Shown here piece by piece: positions 41,170 to 54,459 of a stretch of 64,000 bases of DNA. The notes under the pieces are model-generated. The model saw nothing but the letters and a program-made list of their open reading frames with translations, searched no databases and was not told where the DNA came from. Made by a program: the position numbers and the translations under genes. Numbering within the stretch: the stretch's first letter is position 1; each line of letters begins with the position of its first letter. The DNA comes from Proteromonas lacertae. Lineage: Eukaryota. The stretch lies in NCBI GenBank assembly GCA_002245135.1, contig NGBS01000872.1:186001-250000 (forward strand), given 5' to 3'.

Positions 41170-41244
41170 AATTCCTCATTAGTAATAATACCTAATCACT
41201 TATCATATGTAAATTACCCATTTATTAAGATAATCACAGGAATT
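41170..41244 (-). ncRNA. Box C/D snoRNA, U16/snR87-like (SSU rRNA guide)
   Basis: Terminal stem AATTCC/GGAATT; C box GTGATTA; guide TGGGTAATTTAC complementary to SSU GTAAATTACCCA; D' ATGA; C' GTGATTA; D ATGA. Confidence 0.75.
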
Positions 41245-41256
41245 TAGAGAATAAAT

Positions 41257-41332
41257 AAGTCTCAGAACCATCATGTCACCATTGTTTAGTCTGACGGGTA
41301 AACGGCAAAGTTGATGGAATTCATCATTGAGT
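41257..41332 (-). ncRNA. Box C/D snoRNA, SNORD87/U87-like (LSU rRNA guide)
   Basis: C box ATGATGA; guide GCCGTTTACCCG complementary to LSU CGGGTAAACGGC; D' CAGA; D CTGA; short CTCA/TGAG stem. Confidence 0.85.
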
Positions 41333-41497
41333 TATTTATTAGTAGAAGCACTTGAAGATTTATATACCTTATATATTCATATCTCTTCCTTTCATTCTAA
41401 AAATCTTCACGCTTCAGCATCTTCTTTCAATTTCTTCTTCTCATACCTATAAAATATAATTAGAAATGAATTCTAAATGGTAAAATGTGCCTGACAA

Positions 41498-41585
41498 GAT
41501 TCCTCGGATGAAACAATTCACAAAAGGTGCCCAAGCATAGGCTGCTTACGCATAACTCTAGTCCATTTGTAACATCATTTGCAAT
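41498..41585 (-). ncRNA. Candidate box C/D snoRNA, U52/snR78-like (LSU rRNA guide)
   Basis: C-like ATGATGT; guide GGACTAGAGT complementary to LSU ACTCTAGTCC; D-like CCGA; D' is degenerate. Confidence 0.5.
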
Positions 41586-41827
41586 ACGTACTGTAAATGA
41601 TGGGAAATGGACATATAAGAAGATTAGAATAAATAAAATGTTGAAAGAAGATATAAAGTAGATTTATAAGGTTATTATGTATATACATACCATAACAAAA
41701 AGCAATAATCACAATATCATCTGTATTTCTCTATAAAATCAAAGAATCATTTCTGCATTTGATAAAAATATAGTCGTTTTTATTCGAGTCAAACTATTTT
41801 AACTTTTTTGATTTTGCTTTTTTGAAT

Positions 41828-42546
41828 ATGACAACAAGTATATTTGAATATAATATTCATAGCTGAATTACCATTTACCAATCAATATACATCAGATTTA
41901 ACTCTTGACGAACCAGTGAAGGAGACAATAGTATTGCTCGTTTTGCATTATTTTCTAGATGAGAGATGTTAGAATGGTTGGATACAGATTGAAACTTGTT
42001 ATTCTTCCACAAGATCCTCAGAAAGTTATAGAAGAGTTAAGAGATTGTATTATTTGCTATATTATGAATTATTTAGGGGATTTATGGGGCCCATTATTTA
42101 TTTGTCTATTTTTCTCAGTGTATGAATATCAACATATTTTCCATTATAGAATTCTATGTTTGAATAACGCTAAAGATCAAGCTGTCGTATTTACAATTGC
42201 ATTTGTTATTGAATGGTTGGGTGCTGGTGTTGTTACTTTAAATGCTCAATTATTAGGAGGAAAAGTGTATAATTTTACTTATATTTTATATTCTAATAGT
42301 TCATTTTTCCAAAGTTTATGTGTATTAGGTTACAGTCTATTTCCAATTACATTTGCTTCATTTGTGGTGATATTTTTAAGAAGTATTTGGATTAAACTAC
42401 CATTAGTAATTGCTGCGTTTTATTTAACATCAAGAGCTGCAAATATATTCTTTTCTCCCTTAGTTGCACCTGAAAGAAAATTGCTTGTGTTATATCCACT
42501 ATACTTATTCTATTTCATCATTTCTTCTTTAGTTCTTGGAATGTAG
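41828..42546 (+). CDS. YIPF6: Yip1-family Golgi protein YIPF6
   Basis: TLDEPVKETI|MRD, LRD|WDLWGPL, VVTLNAQLLGG, SFFQSLCVLGY, LVLYPLYLFY. Confidence 0.9.
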
Positions 42547-42698
42547 AAACACTTCACTTTTATACATTAAAATTTATATAGTAATGATCTATTTTGTAAT
42601 AGGGTTGGTTTTAAAAAATGTTTTTCAATTTTTGGTTACTGTAAAGTTTTCTATAACCCATTTTATTTTTAAAATTTTAACTGTCTGTTTTCAATACA

Positions 42699-43316
42699 AT
42701 GCAAGACGAATCTTATCGTAATGTATATTTTTTACACATATCTATGATTAAATAGGATATTATTTCTCATGCAAGATATTTGGGTATGGATCCTGTGAAA
42801 TATCCTGAACTACTATATATTGCAGAAGAGGCATTGACTGCCGATCTTCCTCCTGAGTATATGATCACATATTTATATTTAATAGATGGGAAGAGTTAGA
42901 AGAAGGTGATGATTTGTTTTACTATAATACAAAAACATATGAAAAAAGTTTAGATCATCCATGTGATAAAAAATATAAGGATATATACAAACAAGTATAC
43001 TTGCTATCACATTTAGTAAATTTCATAGAAAGTTGCAGAACTTGAAGCGAAGAAAAAATCATCTTCACCTCCTCCATCTCAAAATAATCAAAGTAAACCA
43101 TATAATCAATCACCATCACCATCCACAACAACAACAAATCAATAATAATTCACCACCTCATCAACAAAATCAGACTTTTTCAATGGCCAATCGTGAATTA
43201 CAAGAAATAGAAGATGATGAAGATGATTTATCATTTTTAGCTCCAGCAGCAGCAACTTTCAAACCAACCAATAAACCAATGGCTTCAATCTACAATAACA
43301 ATAAACCATCACCTCC

Positions 43317-43367
<51 letters not shown>

Positions 43368-46319
43368 GCCTAAACCACCACCTGCACCATCTATTTCAAT
43401 ATCATCAGGCTATGGACCTTGTAAGTATTGTTCATGCAATAATTACATGAAGAGTTCCTTCAATACAAAATGTGCAAAATGTTTTCATGAACATGAGCCT
43501 ACTAGGAGAAGGTGAAGAAGATGATGATGATATAGAAGATGAATTCTTAAGTGTAATTAAAAAGACACCAACTGTAAATACTCCAGTGAGTCAGCCCAAT
43601 GAACCAAATAAACCATCATTCTTTGGTGGTGGAAGTTCATTAGTAAAACCTTCATTTATTAATCCAAAATCCTTATTAGATTCTTATGATAATACTAAAA
43701 ATATGAATAGTAGTACTATACAGAGAAGTATAACATCACCAACTAATAATAGACCATATACATCACCTGCATTGAACGATATTCACAATAGTGATAATAA
43801 TAATAAAGAGTTATTGGATAAAATAGAAAAATTAGAAAAAGAAAATAAAGATTTGAATGATAAATTGAATGAGAAAGATGATGAAATTAAGAAATTGAAA
43901 AGTGACATAAATGATAAAGAAAATACTATTAGTAAATCACAATCTGATATAAATGATTTAAACAAAACAAAGTCAGAATTAGAAAGTAAAACAATGAATT
44001 TAAACAACGAAATTGAAGAATTAAAGAAGAAGTTAACTGACACAGAATTAAAACTACAATCAATACCATCTCCACCTTCTGCTGATAATACTACTGTCAA
44101 TATACCACCACCACCACCACAACCAACAGTAAATGTAGAAGAAGAAGTAAAGAAACAAGTAGATGAAATAAAGAGTAAATTAGAAAATGAATATGAAATC
44201 AAAGAATCATCACTTTTAGAAACACAAAAACAAAATGAATTAAAATATAATAATGATATATCAACTTATTCAAAACAAATACAAGGTTTAAATGAAGAAA
44301 TAATGAAATTAAAATTAGAAAATGAACAACTTAAAACAACTTCATCTTCATCAGTTTCATCTATTTCAAAAGAATTACAGACTGTAAAATTACAATATCA
44401 ATACAGTCAAAATGAAAACACAATGTTGAAGAAACAAATAGAAGATTTGAAGAATAATGAAAGTCTATTAAAATCACAAACTATGGGAATGAATGATATA
44501 AATAACGAATCTTTGAATAATCAAATAAAGCAACAAGAGGAAACAATTGAATTGTTGCAGGGATGAGAATAAGAAAATAAAAAATAATATTCAATCATTA
44601 CAACAACAAAATGAGAAATATAAAAAAGATATAAAGATATATAAAACCAATGAAGATACATTGAAAAGAAATATACAAGCCTATAAAGTGCAATATGAAA
44701 AAGTACAAAATGAAAACATGAAATTAAAATCACATACACATGAAGAAAATAATGAATTACATAATCAATATCAAAGAGAAATGAATAATTTATTACAATC
44801 AAATGAACAAATAAGAAAAGAAAAAACACAATTGGCTGAGAAACAATATACTTATGAAATAGAGAATAGAAAATTACAAAGTGAGTTAATGCAGACTAAT
44901 AATATGTTGGAGAAATTACAGTATGAATATAACAAAGCAATTGAACAGAAGACAAAGTATGAATTAGAGAAAGAACATGATACACAATCTATACAAAGAA
45001 GAGCTATTGAAATGGATGCTAAAATAGAGAAATTGAATATGGAAATACAATCTAGTAAAAGAAGAAATGATAATTTAGTATCTGATTTAAAGAATCAAAT
45101 AATGAAATTGGGGAATGAAAATAGAGATTTAGAGAATAAGATATTATCATTAGAATCTGACAATCGAAGATTAACATCCAATATAAATGAGAAAACAAGA
45201 ATCAATGAAACAACACAGAAAGAATTGGATAGTTTAAGAAGTCAGCTAGGATTAGTGAATAATGATATAAGAATAACAGAAATGAAAGAACAATTAATAG
45301 CAAATGAGAGAGAATTGAAATTGAAGAATGATATGATTAGGAAATTAAGAGATGATGCTGAGAATTATTCAACTGTTGCTAGAAGAAGAATAGAAGATGC
45401 AGTAAGAGAAGCTGAAGATGCAATATCGAAGGATATTAGTCAGAAATATCAATACGAGATGCAGAGATACAAACAAGAATATAAAGTATATTATTATTAT
45501 TATATGTAATAGAGTAAATTAGAAATAGCCAATGAAGAGATTAAGAGATTGAAAAATGAACTTCAACAATATAGAGATGGAAATAATAGTATGAATAAAT
45601 CATTATTACAGAATCAAAGCTCACAATTTCCAACAATTCAATCAATTTATTCACAAACTATACCAAACCAATCACTTCAACCACAACCACAATTATCATT
45701 AACACAACAATATCAACAACCTGATTTATCAACAACAGCAAATAATAGTAATTATCCTTATAATAATTCAATGATTGTTCCATCTCCAGTAAATGCAATG
45801 AATCAACAACCACAGCAACAACAACAAAGCCAATTTCCAATGAATGGTAACAATAATAACACAACAATGCCTTCATCTTTTGCTATACCATCTATGTTAA
45901 TACAACATTCATTACCTCAACAACAACAAATGATACTTCAACAACAACAGTTAATGCAACAACAACAACAACAACAACAACAACCAAATCAATCATCTCA
46001 AATTCCATTAAGTTCTCCACAAATTCCAATAGTTCCAAATATTGAGATTACTCATCCACCTAAAACTGAATCAATTTTTAATGATAATGATTCAGTAAAA
46101 GGAAATATTTCACCCATTTTATCACCCAAATTTTCTGTATTTTTATTAATTCTATAGTATATTTAGAGAGAATCAAGTGATGGGATTGCAGATCCTGAAT
46201 TACAATTGATGATAGACCAAGCTAAGAGTGTATATCTATATAATTTATTATGTATTGTTAAATAGTATCGTGAGTCATATCGTGAAGATCTTAACAGATA
46301 TAACAGCATTGCAGGATAG
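42699..46319 (+). CDS. CEP164-like N-terminal WW-domain coiled-coil protein; three frameshifts in the assembly (possible pseudogene or sequence errors)
   Basis: Spliced N-terminus ARYLGMDPVKYPELLYIAEEALTADLPPEWEE..FYYNTKT..SLDHPCD, then P/Q-rich, small Cys cluster and long coiled coil. Confidence 0.6.
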
Positions 46320-46513
46320 TAAATATAAGTAAATGAAAATGTACATATTTTGTATTTTGAATAATAATGTTCTTTTTTAATATGCTTGTTTATGAATGGG
46401 ATATTGTCATAAAACTTTATAATGAATATAAATATAAAATCGGTAGATTAATAAAACCTTTTATTAGGAAGAAAAAAAGAAAATACTATTAACTGAAACG
46501 AATATATTTTTAG

Positions 46514-49352
46514 ATGCAAAATAAACCAAAAGTGCTAATGGTGGCTGAAAAGCCATCCATAGCGAAATCCATATCAGAAATATTAAGTCATGGCAAATAT
46601 GAACTAAATAACAAAGGGAAAGTACCTGTCTACACATTTTCTGGTATATTTAAGAACCAAAACGTAGAATTTATTGTATATACCATTTACAATTTTTTAA
46701 ATAGACAACTTCTGTAATTGGCCATATCTTTGGTATTGATTTTGATCCAAAATACCAAAATTGGAATACTACAGATCCTATTGAATTATATACAGCAACT
46801 ACAATCCAGAAAGAAGCATCTCCAAGTATCAGTGGTGTAATTAGGTTGTTGGAAAGAGAAGCAAAGAAATCGTAAGTCATTTTTCATTTATCTAATAGAT
46901 CTTATTTGGTATTATGGCTAGATTGTGATAAAGAAGGCGAGAATATATGTTTTGAAGTAATGAAAGTAACTCAACCTTTCTTAATGAAAAGAGGAAATGA
47001 AAAGACTGTTTATCGAGCTTATTATGATGCAATAACAGCTCCAGATATAGAACATGCGATGAACAATCTAAAAGATCCAAATTTAAACGAATCCTTAAGT
47101 GTAGAAGCAAGACAAGAGTTAGATCTAAGAATTGGTGTGTCTTTTTCAAGATATCAAACTCAAACATTTCAAGGTAAATATGGTGACTTAGATTCAACTT
47201 TAATATCTTACGGTCCTTGTCAAACACCAACACTTGGATTTTGTGTGCAAAGACATGATATTATCCAATCATTCCAACCTGAACAATTTCGTACAATTAA
47301 AGTAGAAATTACAAAGAATAATATTCCTATTACATTAGAATGGGAGAGAGGTAGAATATTTGATAATCAAATATTTTCTATTTATTTTGGTTTAGTTAAT
47401 AGTTATCAAGCAGCTAAAGTTGTGTCAATAAAAGAAAGTGTATTTATTTTTATTTTTATATAATAATGATAATAGTCTGGAAGTAAAGTTCGTCCATTAC
47501 CACTCAATACAGTTGAAATGTTGAAAGTTGCTTCAAAATATTTGGGTGTTGGTCCAAAGGATTGTATGCATACTGCGGAACAATTATATTTAAAGAGTTA
47601 TATATCTTATCCTCGTACTGAAAGTACTCAATATCCAGTTCATTATGATTTAAAGTATGTTTAATTATATTTATATAATTTTAAAATAGAAGTGCAGTAA
47701 AACAATTTGAATCAAGTGGAACATGGGGTGAATCAGTGAGAGAAATAATGGCACATGGTTTAAAACCAAAGAAAGGAGTTGATATGGGAGATCATCCTCC
47801 AATTACGCCTGTAAGAGTGGTAGATCCATCTTCATTAGGTGGTTTAGAAGGAAGATTATATGGAATTATTACTGATTATTTCTTAGCTTCTGTTAGTGAA
47901 GATTGTAAATATAAAACAACAACTGTGAAATTTGATATTGGTGGAGAATCTTTTGAATGTAGTGGTAGAAAAGTAATAAGTGCTGGTTTTACTAGTATAT
48001 TGAATAAGAAAAGAGTAGATGATGTTGAAATGCCTTCTTTTATTATTGTATTTCATTTATTATATTGTAAATAAATAGAATGAATTAGTGACAATTACAA
48101 AAATAGAACAAAAGGATGGTAAAACAACACCTCCAGATTATCTTGCTGAACATGAGTTAATATCTCTAATGGAAAAGAATGGAATTGGTACTGATGCTTC
48201 TATTCCAGTTCATATTAACAATATTATTGAAAGAAATTATGTTCATTTAGGAACAGGTAGAACTTTAATTCCTACCAATTTAGGAATTGTTTTGGTTCAT
48301 GGTTATTATAAAATTGATCCTGAATTAGTCTTACCTAAAGTTAGAGCATCAATAGAAAATGAATGTAATTGTATTGCAAAAGGTCAAGCAAAGTATAAAT
48401 ATATATATTCCGCTATATAATATTATTTTGTAGAAAAGAAGATATTGTCTCTCATTCACTAGATATTTTCAAAAGGAAATTTGAATATTTCAGAAATAAT
48501 ATTGCAGAAATGGATAGTCTATTTGAAGCATCATTCACAACAGTAGCAGAATCAGGTCAACCAATCAGTAGATGTGGTAAATGTCATAGATATATGAAAA
48601 TCATAAGGACAAAACCACAAAGATTATTCTGTCCAACCTGTAATGAAACTTACACATTACCACAAAGAGGAACAGTCAAATTATATAAGGAAATAAAGTG
48701 TCCTTTAGATGATTTTGAATTAGTTTTATTTTCATTAGGCAATAGTGTTGGACATCAAGGAATGTCTACTCCATTATGCCCACAATGTTATAATAATCCA
48801 CCGTTTGAAGATTATAAAGGAACAATGACTTGTATTCAATGTAAAAATCCATCTTGTCAACATTCAATGATTAATAATGCAATTTGTGAGTATAATATTC
48901 TATTTACATTTTTATTTAATAGATGTCCAGAGATGATTAATGAAGTAAGATGTCAAGGTATGTTAGTGTTAGATACAAACAGTAAACCAAATTGGAAGTT
49001 AAACTGCAATACATGCAATCTGTTAATTACATTCAAATGTCCAATTCATGATATTGCAATATCTGGTAAATGTGAAGATTGTGGATGTAGAATGGTTACA
49101 ATTGAATTTCATAAAGATCATTCACCTTTAGAAGAAGGGAAGACGAAATATTTTGGTTGCTTGATATGTGATGATTTCTTAAATTCAATTACAGAAACAG
49201 TTGCTGGTAAATCAATACACACATCAATGAGAAGTAGAGGAGGAAGGGGAAGGGGAAGAGGAAGAGGAAGAAGAGGACGAGGAGGTAGAGGAAGAGGTAG
49301 AGGTAGAGGAGATAGAGGAGGTGATCCAAGATTAACAGCTGATGGTTTTTAA
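46514..49352 (+). CDS. TOP3B: DNA/RNA topoisomerase III beta
   Basis: VLMVAEKPSIA, WLDCDKEGENICFEV, SYGPCQTPTLGF, YISYPRTES, DHPPITP, GIGTDAS, Zn-ribbons, RGG tail. Confidence 0.95.
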
Positions 49353-49522
49353 AAATGAATTAGAATTGAATATAGTTTTATTATGGATCGTTTATTATAG
49401 TTATTTTTAATTTTTGTTATTGTTGATATATTCATCCAGAAAGATAAAAAGAATTAAATATATGTATATCAGATTTTGTAATTAATAATTATTACTTATA
49501 ACTAATTCCACTAATAAAAAGA

Positions 49523-50041
49523 TCATGATGACATTTATATTGAATCATATCTTGTATGAATTGATTTACATCCGTCAAGGAAGAAAATAAATCTATTAAA
49601 TCTTGAGATACTTCTTGTTCATGTGTCAATATTAGTTTTGCCAAATCATTAAATGGCATAGACTATAATATAAACTAGTATTATTAATTATACACAAACA
49701 GATTGAACAGATTGAAGAATTATAGATTCTATTTATTAAATAACAGCTGTATACGATATAAATTTTTAAATTCATTAAATATATTACCATAAGCTGGAGT
49801 AGGTGATGAGATGTTTTCATCAAACACTTCTAAAGAGATATTACAACCTAATTCATACCTGCATATCTATCAAAAAACATTTTAATGTCATTTGAAAATT
49901 TTGATGACACAATAAGAGTTTCTAAAGCGCCAATGATAGAATCAAGAGGACTGTCCTATTTAAAACATCAAAATTACATTCGAATACTATTTTTTGTTCT
50001 GATATAACTTCTTCAGATATTTTACTATCTTCAATTTCCAT
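49523..50041 (-). CDS. ARL2BP: ARL2-binding protein (BART domain), multi-exon; absent from the ORF track
   Basis: Spliced translation DSIIGALETLIVSSKF..FFDRYAEVFDE..YGNIFNEFKNLY..DLIDLFSSLTDVNQFIQDMIQY matches the BART pattern. Confidence 0.7.
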
Positions 50042-50119
50042 TACTCAAATATTTAAAAATTAAAATTCAAACAGTTATAAAAATATAAGGGTTTCACAAA
50101 GATTTAAAAGATTAAAATA

Positions 50120-53100
50120 TTATTTTAGAATTACATTTAGATGTTCTAAATAGGATGTCCAAGATGGGTAAATCTGATACATACTATCCCTTATACATTT
50201 TAGCAATTCAAGACATTCACTCGATTTTAATTCATTTTTATTTCTATGAAAATATAAAACACTCAAATATATGTATTATACTTCCATTTATTCAAATTTA
50301 CAAATGGATCATGTTCTATTATTCGATAAATCATTAATGTTCTATCAACTATTTGTTGGAATGATTTTCTGAGTTGTTGATTATTCTGAAATACCTCCAA
50401 ATCCGTTAATGTGAACTTTGGTATTTCTTGATTAATCACAGGGAAAAAGAACTATATATATTAGAATAAATAATACATTAACATTACTTTCAATAATTGG
50501 AATAAACTGATCTGATCCAATCTGAAGATAATCGTTAAAATATAAATCTAAAAATGGTTGAGATCCATTGTAGAATAAAACAATCTATAACATAAATATA
50601 AAAAGATACAAAATATACATCTGAATATTCTGTCTTTTGCTTCTCTACTATTTTATGTTTAAGCAAATCTAGAAGATGATATATTACAACAACAAAATAC
50701 ATTTAGTTTGATCATCTAGAAATTCAAATGTAACTTCTATTATATTCTTAATGTTGGATGAACTTTCTTCAGAGAATATCAGCAAGAAGTTCAAAATTCT
50801 GTTTAATAATTTCTGTATAACTGGAATTACTGATTTCCATACTCTATTAACATAATCAATAAAAACAATACGTTGAAGTTGGTATAATGTCATTTGTCTG
50901 ATAATAATACCTCAATCCATATAAATTCAGCATATTAAGAACAACTGATAATAATCTGATACAAACGATGTTTGAATAATTACTCAAGATTTCTTCATCT
51001 CTTTCATTGTATTTGGGATGTTGTTGATTCTTTATTGGGAATAAATATGGTAAATAGAGTTTTAAGTCTAGATGAGAAAACTGATCAAATGACATGTGAG
51101 ATATTTCTTTAAATGTATAAAATGCTACTTTCTTATTATTCACATAAAAATCAACAACTGAAATGTTATAATTAGTTAAATCTTCTGGAAGTAATGCAGA
51201 TGGTTCAACAGCTATATCATGTTTTTCAAAGAATGATTTAATCATAAAACAATATTTATCATTATTGTATAAACTATCAACACTTTTCATCACTCTAGTT
51301 AATGCTAATCCAATTTCTTTTGATATTTTTATCTCTTCATCCTTTATTTCTATAGAATTGGTTTTCTTTTCAATGTATAAACCATAATGACTTAATATAG
51401 CATCTATCATTTTATAATAATGTTTTGTTGTTTCTTCTTCTGACACAAATTGTTGAGCTTCATAATCAGGGAAATTAGGTGAAGTTTGGTTTATAATAGG
51501 CATTAAAAACAGTAAATCTCTTATAAAATCATAAGTTTTTAAATGATTATCTGACATATTCATAAAATCAGTGATGGTATAAAAATGGTGTCTAACTTTA
51601 CCTTGGTAAAACCATAGAATCTATATTACTATAACAATTGAAATATATACATGTTCTTCCTCAGTGTCATTTTTATGACCATTATGAGATAAAAAATGAG
51701 GAATATTTGATACTAAATTATACATTTCTTTTACTCCAATCATATGATAAAATTGAGCTATTTGAATTGATATATTGTATATATAATTCATATATTGTCT
51801 ATATTTATCAGATTTTTCAAATATCATATTTGTTCGAATATCATAACTTAAATCAAACTTCTGTAGTATCATATCAAATATGTGTCTTGTGATTAATGTC
51901 ACTGTATAAGCTTTCTCTTTAAAAACATTAATGGCATTCAGTGTAATTTCAGGACATTGTTGATCTTTATTGGGGTAAATCCACTATCAGTATATAACAA
52001 CAAATAAAATATAAAAATACATTCATAAATGAATCAAGAGGAAATGTTTCAAACATTACCTTGTTCATTGAATAAATCAATGTTAATGTATAATTATTCA
52101 CTACCTCTGAGTTGAAATAAAAATTTAGCTATCACATAACACTATTTTATATTTATACTATTGAATTTCTTGATGTTTGTAGATAAAGATTTGCCTTTTT
52201 AATATCAAATCCTCTTGAAATGAAATGTATGATGGACTGAATACTCATTTTTATATCATCAGCTTTTGTACAATCATCATAAAACTGCAAGATTCTTGTT
52301 AATATATTCGCTAAATATCCTTTCTTTTCAGTCCATAAACTATTGAAAGATAATTAAAATACTTTAAATACTCTGAATTTGTGACTATTTTATTCTCATC
52401 ATTTATAAAAATACCATATTTCATTAGAATTTGTTTCAGTATAGCTGATGATTGAAATACAGTAGTTGCTGAATGTATTTGTAACTGAATCAAATCTTTA
52501 TCAGTAAAACTTGGATATCCTTGACCTATAATTGGAAAAATGAAAGGAATAAATTCATCAAATTCAAATTCTTTAAATTCAGATTTTGTCATATCTTTTA
52601 TTTCTTGTATTGTACAATTATAAACAGGTTCATTTTGAAAATAAAAGTTTCCCTATTGTTTATATTTCATTATATTCTATATTAAATACAATTGGAGGTA
52701 GTGGTTCAGTAATTTCAAAACATGGATTAAGAGGATTAGTTTTAACCAATTTCATAGAATCAATAATATTGTCAATTTCATTTATTGTCTTTTCATCCTG
52801 ACAAAATAACATAAAACTTTCTTATATCTTTTAGCATATTGTGTAAATGTTCTTTATTGTATTTCCATTCTCTATGAAATTCATATCATTCACTATAAAA
52901 AGAATATACTCTGACAAAAACTCTGTTATTTGGAGTTTGTGATTGAACTGTATTCCAGATTTGAATAACAGCATCTTAAATACTTGTTTAGTGTTTCTAA
53001 TTATTATATATCTTTGGAGAAATATTTCTATCAACAAATAAAGATTATTTAAATACGGATTTTATCGTTATCAGTTAATTTTGGATCACTTTGATCTACA

Positions 53101-53408
53101 TTAGGAAATATCCATGGCATAAACTTATCGTCCCAATTTTTATTAAATGAATTCTGTTTCATTCCATAAATATCTTTAAACTTGAAATTATTAACTAATG
53201 TTTTATTCAAGAGAAAATTTGTCTTTAAAATAATATTTAGAATTTTATACGATTGTTGAAGGAATAATATTTGTAGTTTTAGCTTTAGGTATGATTTTTT
53301 CTTCTTTTCTTTCAGATAATGTTAAAATATTCTCTTCATTGTTTTCTATCACTCAATTATAGTGTTGCTGATACTTTCATCTTGTTTAGAATCATCTGCG
53401 TCATTCAT
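50120..53408 (-). CDS. Large multi-exon hypothetical protein
   Basis: Series of minus-strand open frames joined by short GT-AG introns; no confident domain; boundaries approximate. Confidence 0.5.
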
Positions 53409-53481
53409 AAAATTGAAATAAACACAAGTCTGAAACGACTTTATTTTTGTAAACTGAGGTGAAAGAATTTTTTTGTTTTTT

Positions 53482-54459
53482 ATGAAGATTTATAACTCTG
53501 TTCTTGATTTAGTAGGTCACACTCCTTTAGTAGAACTTCATAAAGCTGCTGAAGGTAGTAAGGCAAAAGTAGTGGTTAAATTAGAAATGTTCAACCCACT
53601 TTCAAGTATTAAAGAGAGAATTGCATTGAATATGGTCGAGACAGCAGAAAAAGAAGGAAAGATAAAGCCAGGTGTTACTCGTTTGATTGAACCAACAAGT
53701 GGCAATACAGGAATAGGTTTAGCGATGGTGGCTGTGTGTAAAGGTTACAAATGCACTATTATCATGCCAGAGACAATGTCAGTGGAAAGAAGAACGCTTC
53801 TTCTATCTGTTGGAGCTGAATTGATTCTAACTCCAGGTAAACTAGGTATGAATGGTTCAATATGCAAAGCAAACGAAATATTAGCTAAAGATCCTAACGC
53901 AGTAATGCTTCAACAGTTTGATAATCCAGCCAATCCAGAAACACATTATAAAACAACAGGACCAGAAATATGGGAAGATACTGAAGGAAAAATTGATATA
54001 TTTATCTCAGCAATCGGTACAGGAGGAACTATTACTGGTGTAGGCCGTTATTTGAAAGAAAAAAATCCAAATATAAAGATAATTGGATTAGAACCAAAAG
54101 AATCAAATGTGATAAATGGTGGTAAGCCAGGACCTCATGGAATACAAGGTATTGGTGCTGGATTTGTGCCTAAAGTATTAGACCGATCATTAGTGGATGA
54201 AGTGTTAGAAATATCTACTGAAGATTCGTTGGTAATGGCTAGAAAGATGGCTCAAGAGGAAGGAATCATGGTTGGTATTTCTTCAGGTTGTGCTGTGATG
54301 GGTGCTAAGATAGTTGGTTCTAGGGAAGAGAATAAAGGTAAAATGATTGTTGCTTTGTGTCCAGATTATGGTGAGAGGTATTTATCAACACCATTATATC
54401 AGGAACAAGCTAAAAGGGCAAAAGACTTTCCAGTATCTGAGCTTGAGTGTGATAAATAA
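53482..54459 (+). CDS. cysK: Cysteine synthase A (O-acetylserine sulfhydrylase), intronless
   Basis: KLEMFNPLSSIKER (PLP Lys), EPTSGNTG, QQFDNPAN, GTGGT, HGIQGIGAGF, GERYLST. Confidence 0.95.
   Translation: MKIYNSVLDLVGHTPLVELHKAAEGSKAKVVVKLEMFNPLSSIKERIALNMVETAEKEGKIKPGVTRLIEPTSGNTGIGLAMVAVCKGYKCTIIMPETMSVERRTLLLSVGAELILTPGKLGMNGSICKANEILAKDPNAVMLQQFDNPANPETHYKTTGPEIWEDTEGKIDIFISAIGTGGTITGVGRYLKEKNPNIKIIGLEPKESNVINGGKPGPHGIQGIGAGFVPKVLDRSLVDEVLEISTEDSLVMARKMAQEEGIMVGISSGCAVMGAKIVGSREENKGKMIVALCPDYGERYLSTPLYQEQAKRAKDFPVSELECDK

Larger units (their letters stand above)
41100..41700 (-). ncRNA. Putative non-coding spliced snoRNA host transcript (limits approximate)
   Basis: Predicted long introns 41690-41447 (GTATGT..TAG) and 41367-41115 (GTATAT..TAG) flank a purine-rich exon with no ORF; the snoRNA candidates lie inside the introns. 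Confidence 0.55.

Noticed and set aside
41380..41693. Small protein or selenoprotein from ATG 41693
   Set aside because: The splice combinations I tried give immediate stops (e.g. M-V-stop) and no SECIS was recognised
43316..43368. (CAA)n array
   Set aside because: Ordinary polyglutamine coding microsatellite
43100..44570. Stop-codon reassignment or Euplotes-type programmed frameshifting as a genome-wide system
   Set aside because: Long genes use the standard code without breaks, the shift sites share no slippery motif, and some lie in homopolymers; sequence error is more parsimonious
50480..50560. VPS9-like motif GSDQFIPII in the hypothetical gene
   Set aside because: A single short motif; the other VPS9 elements were not recognisable
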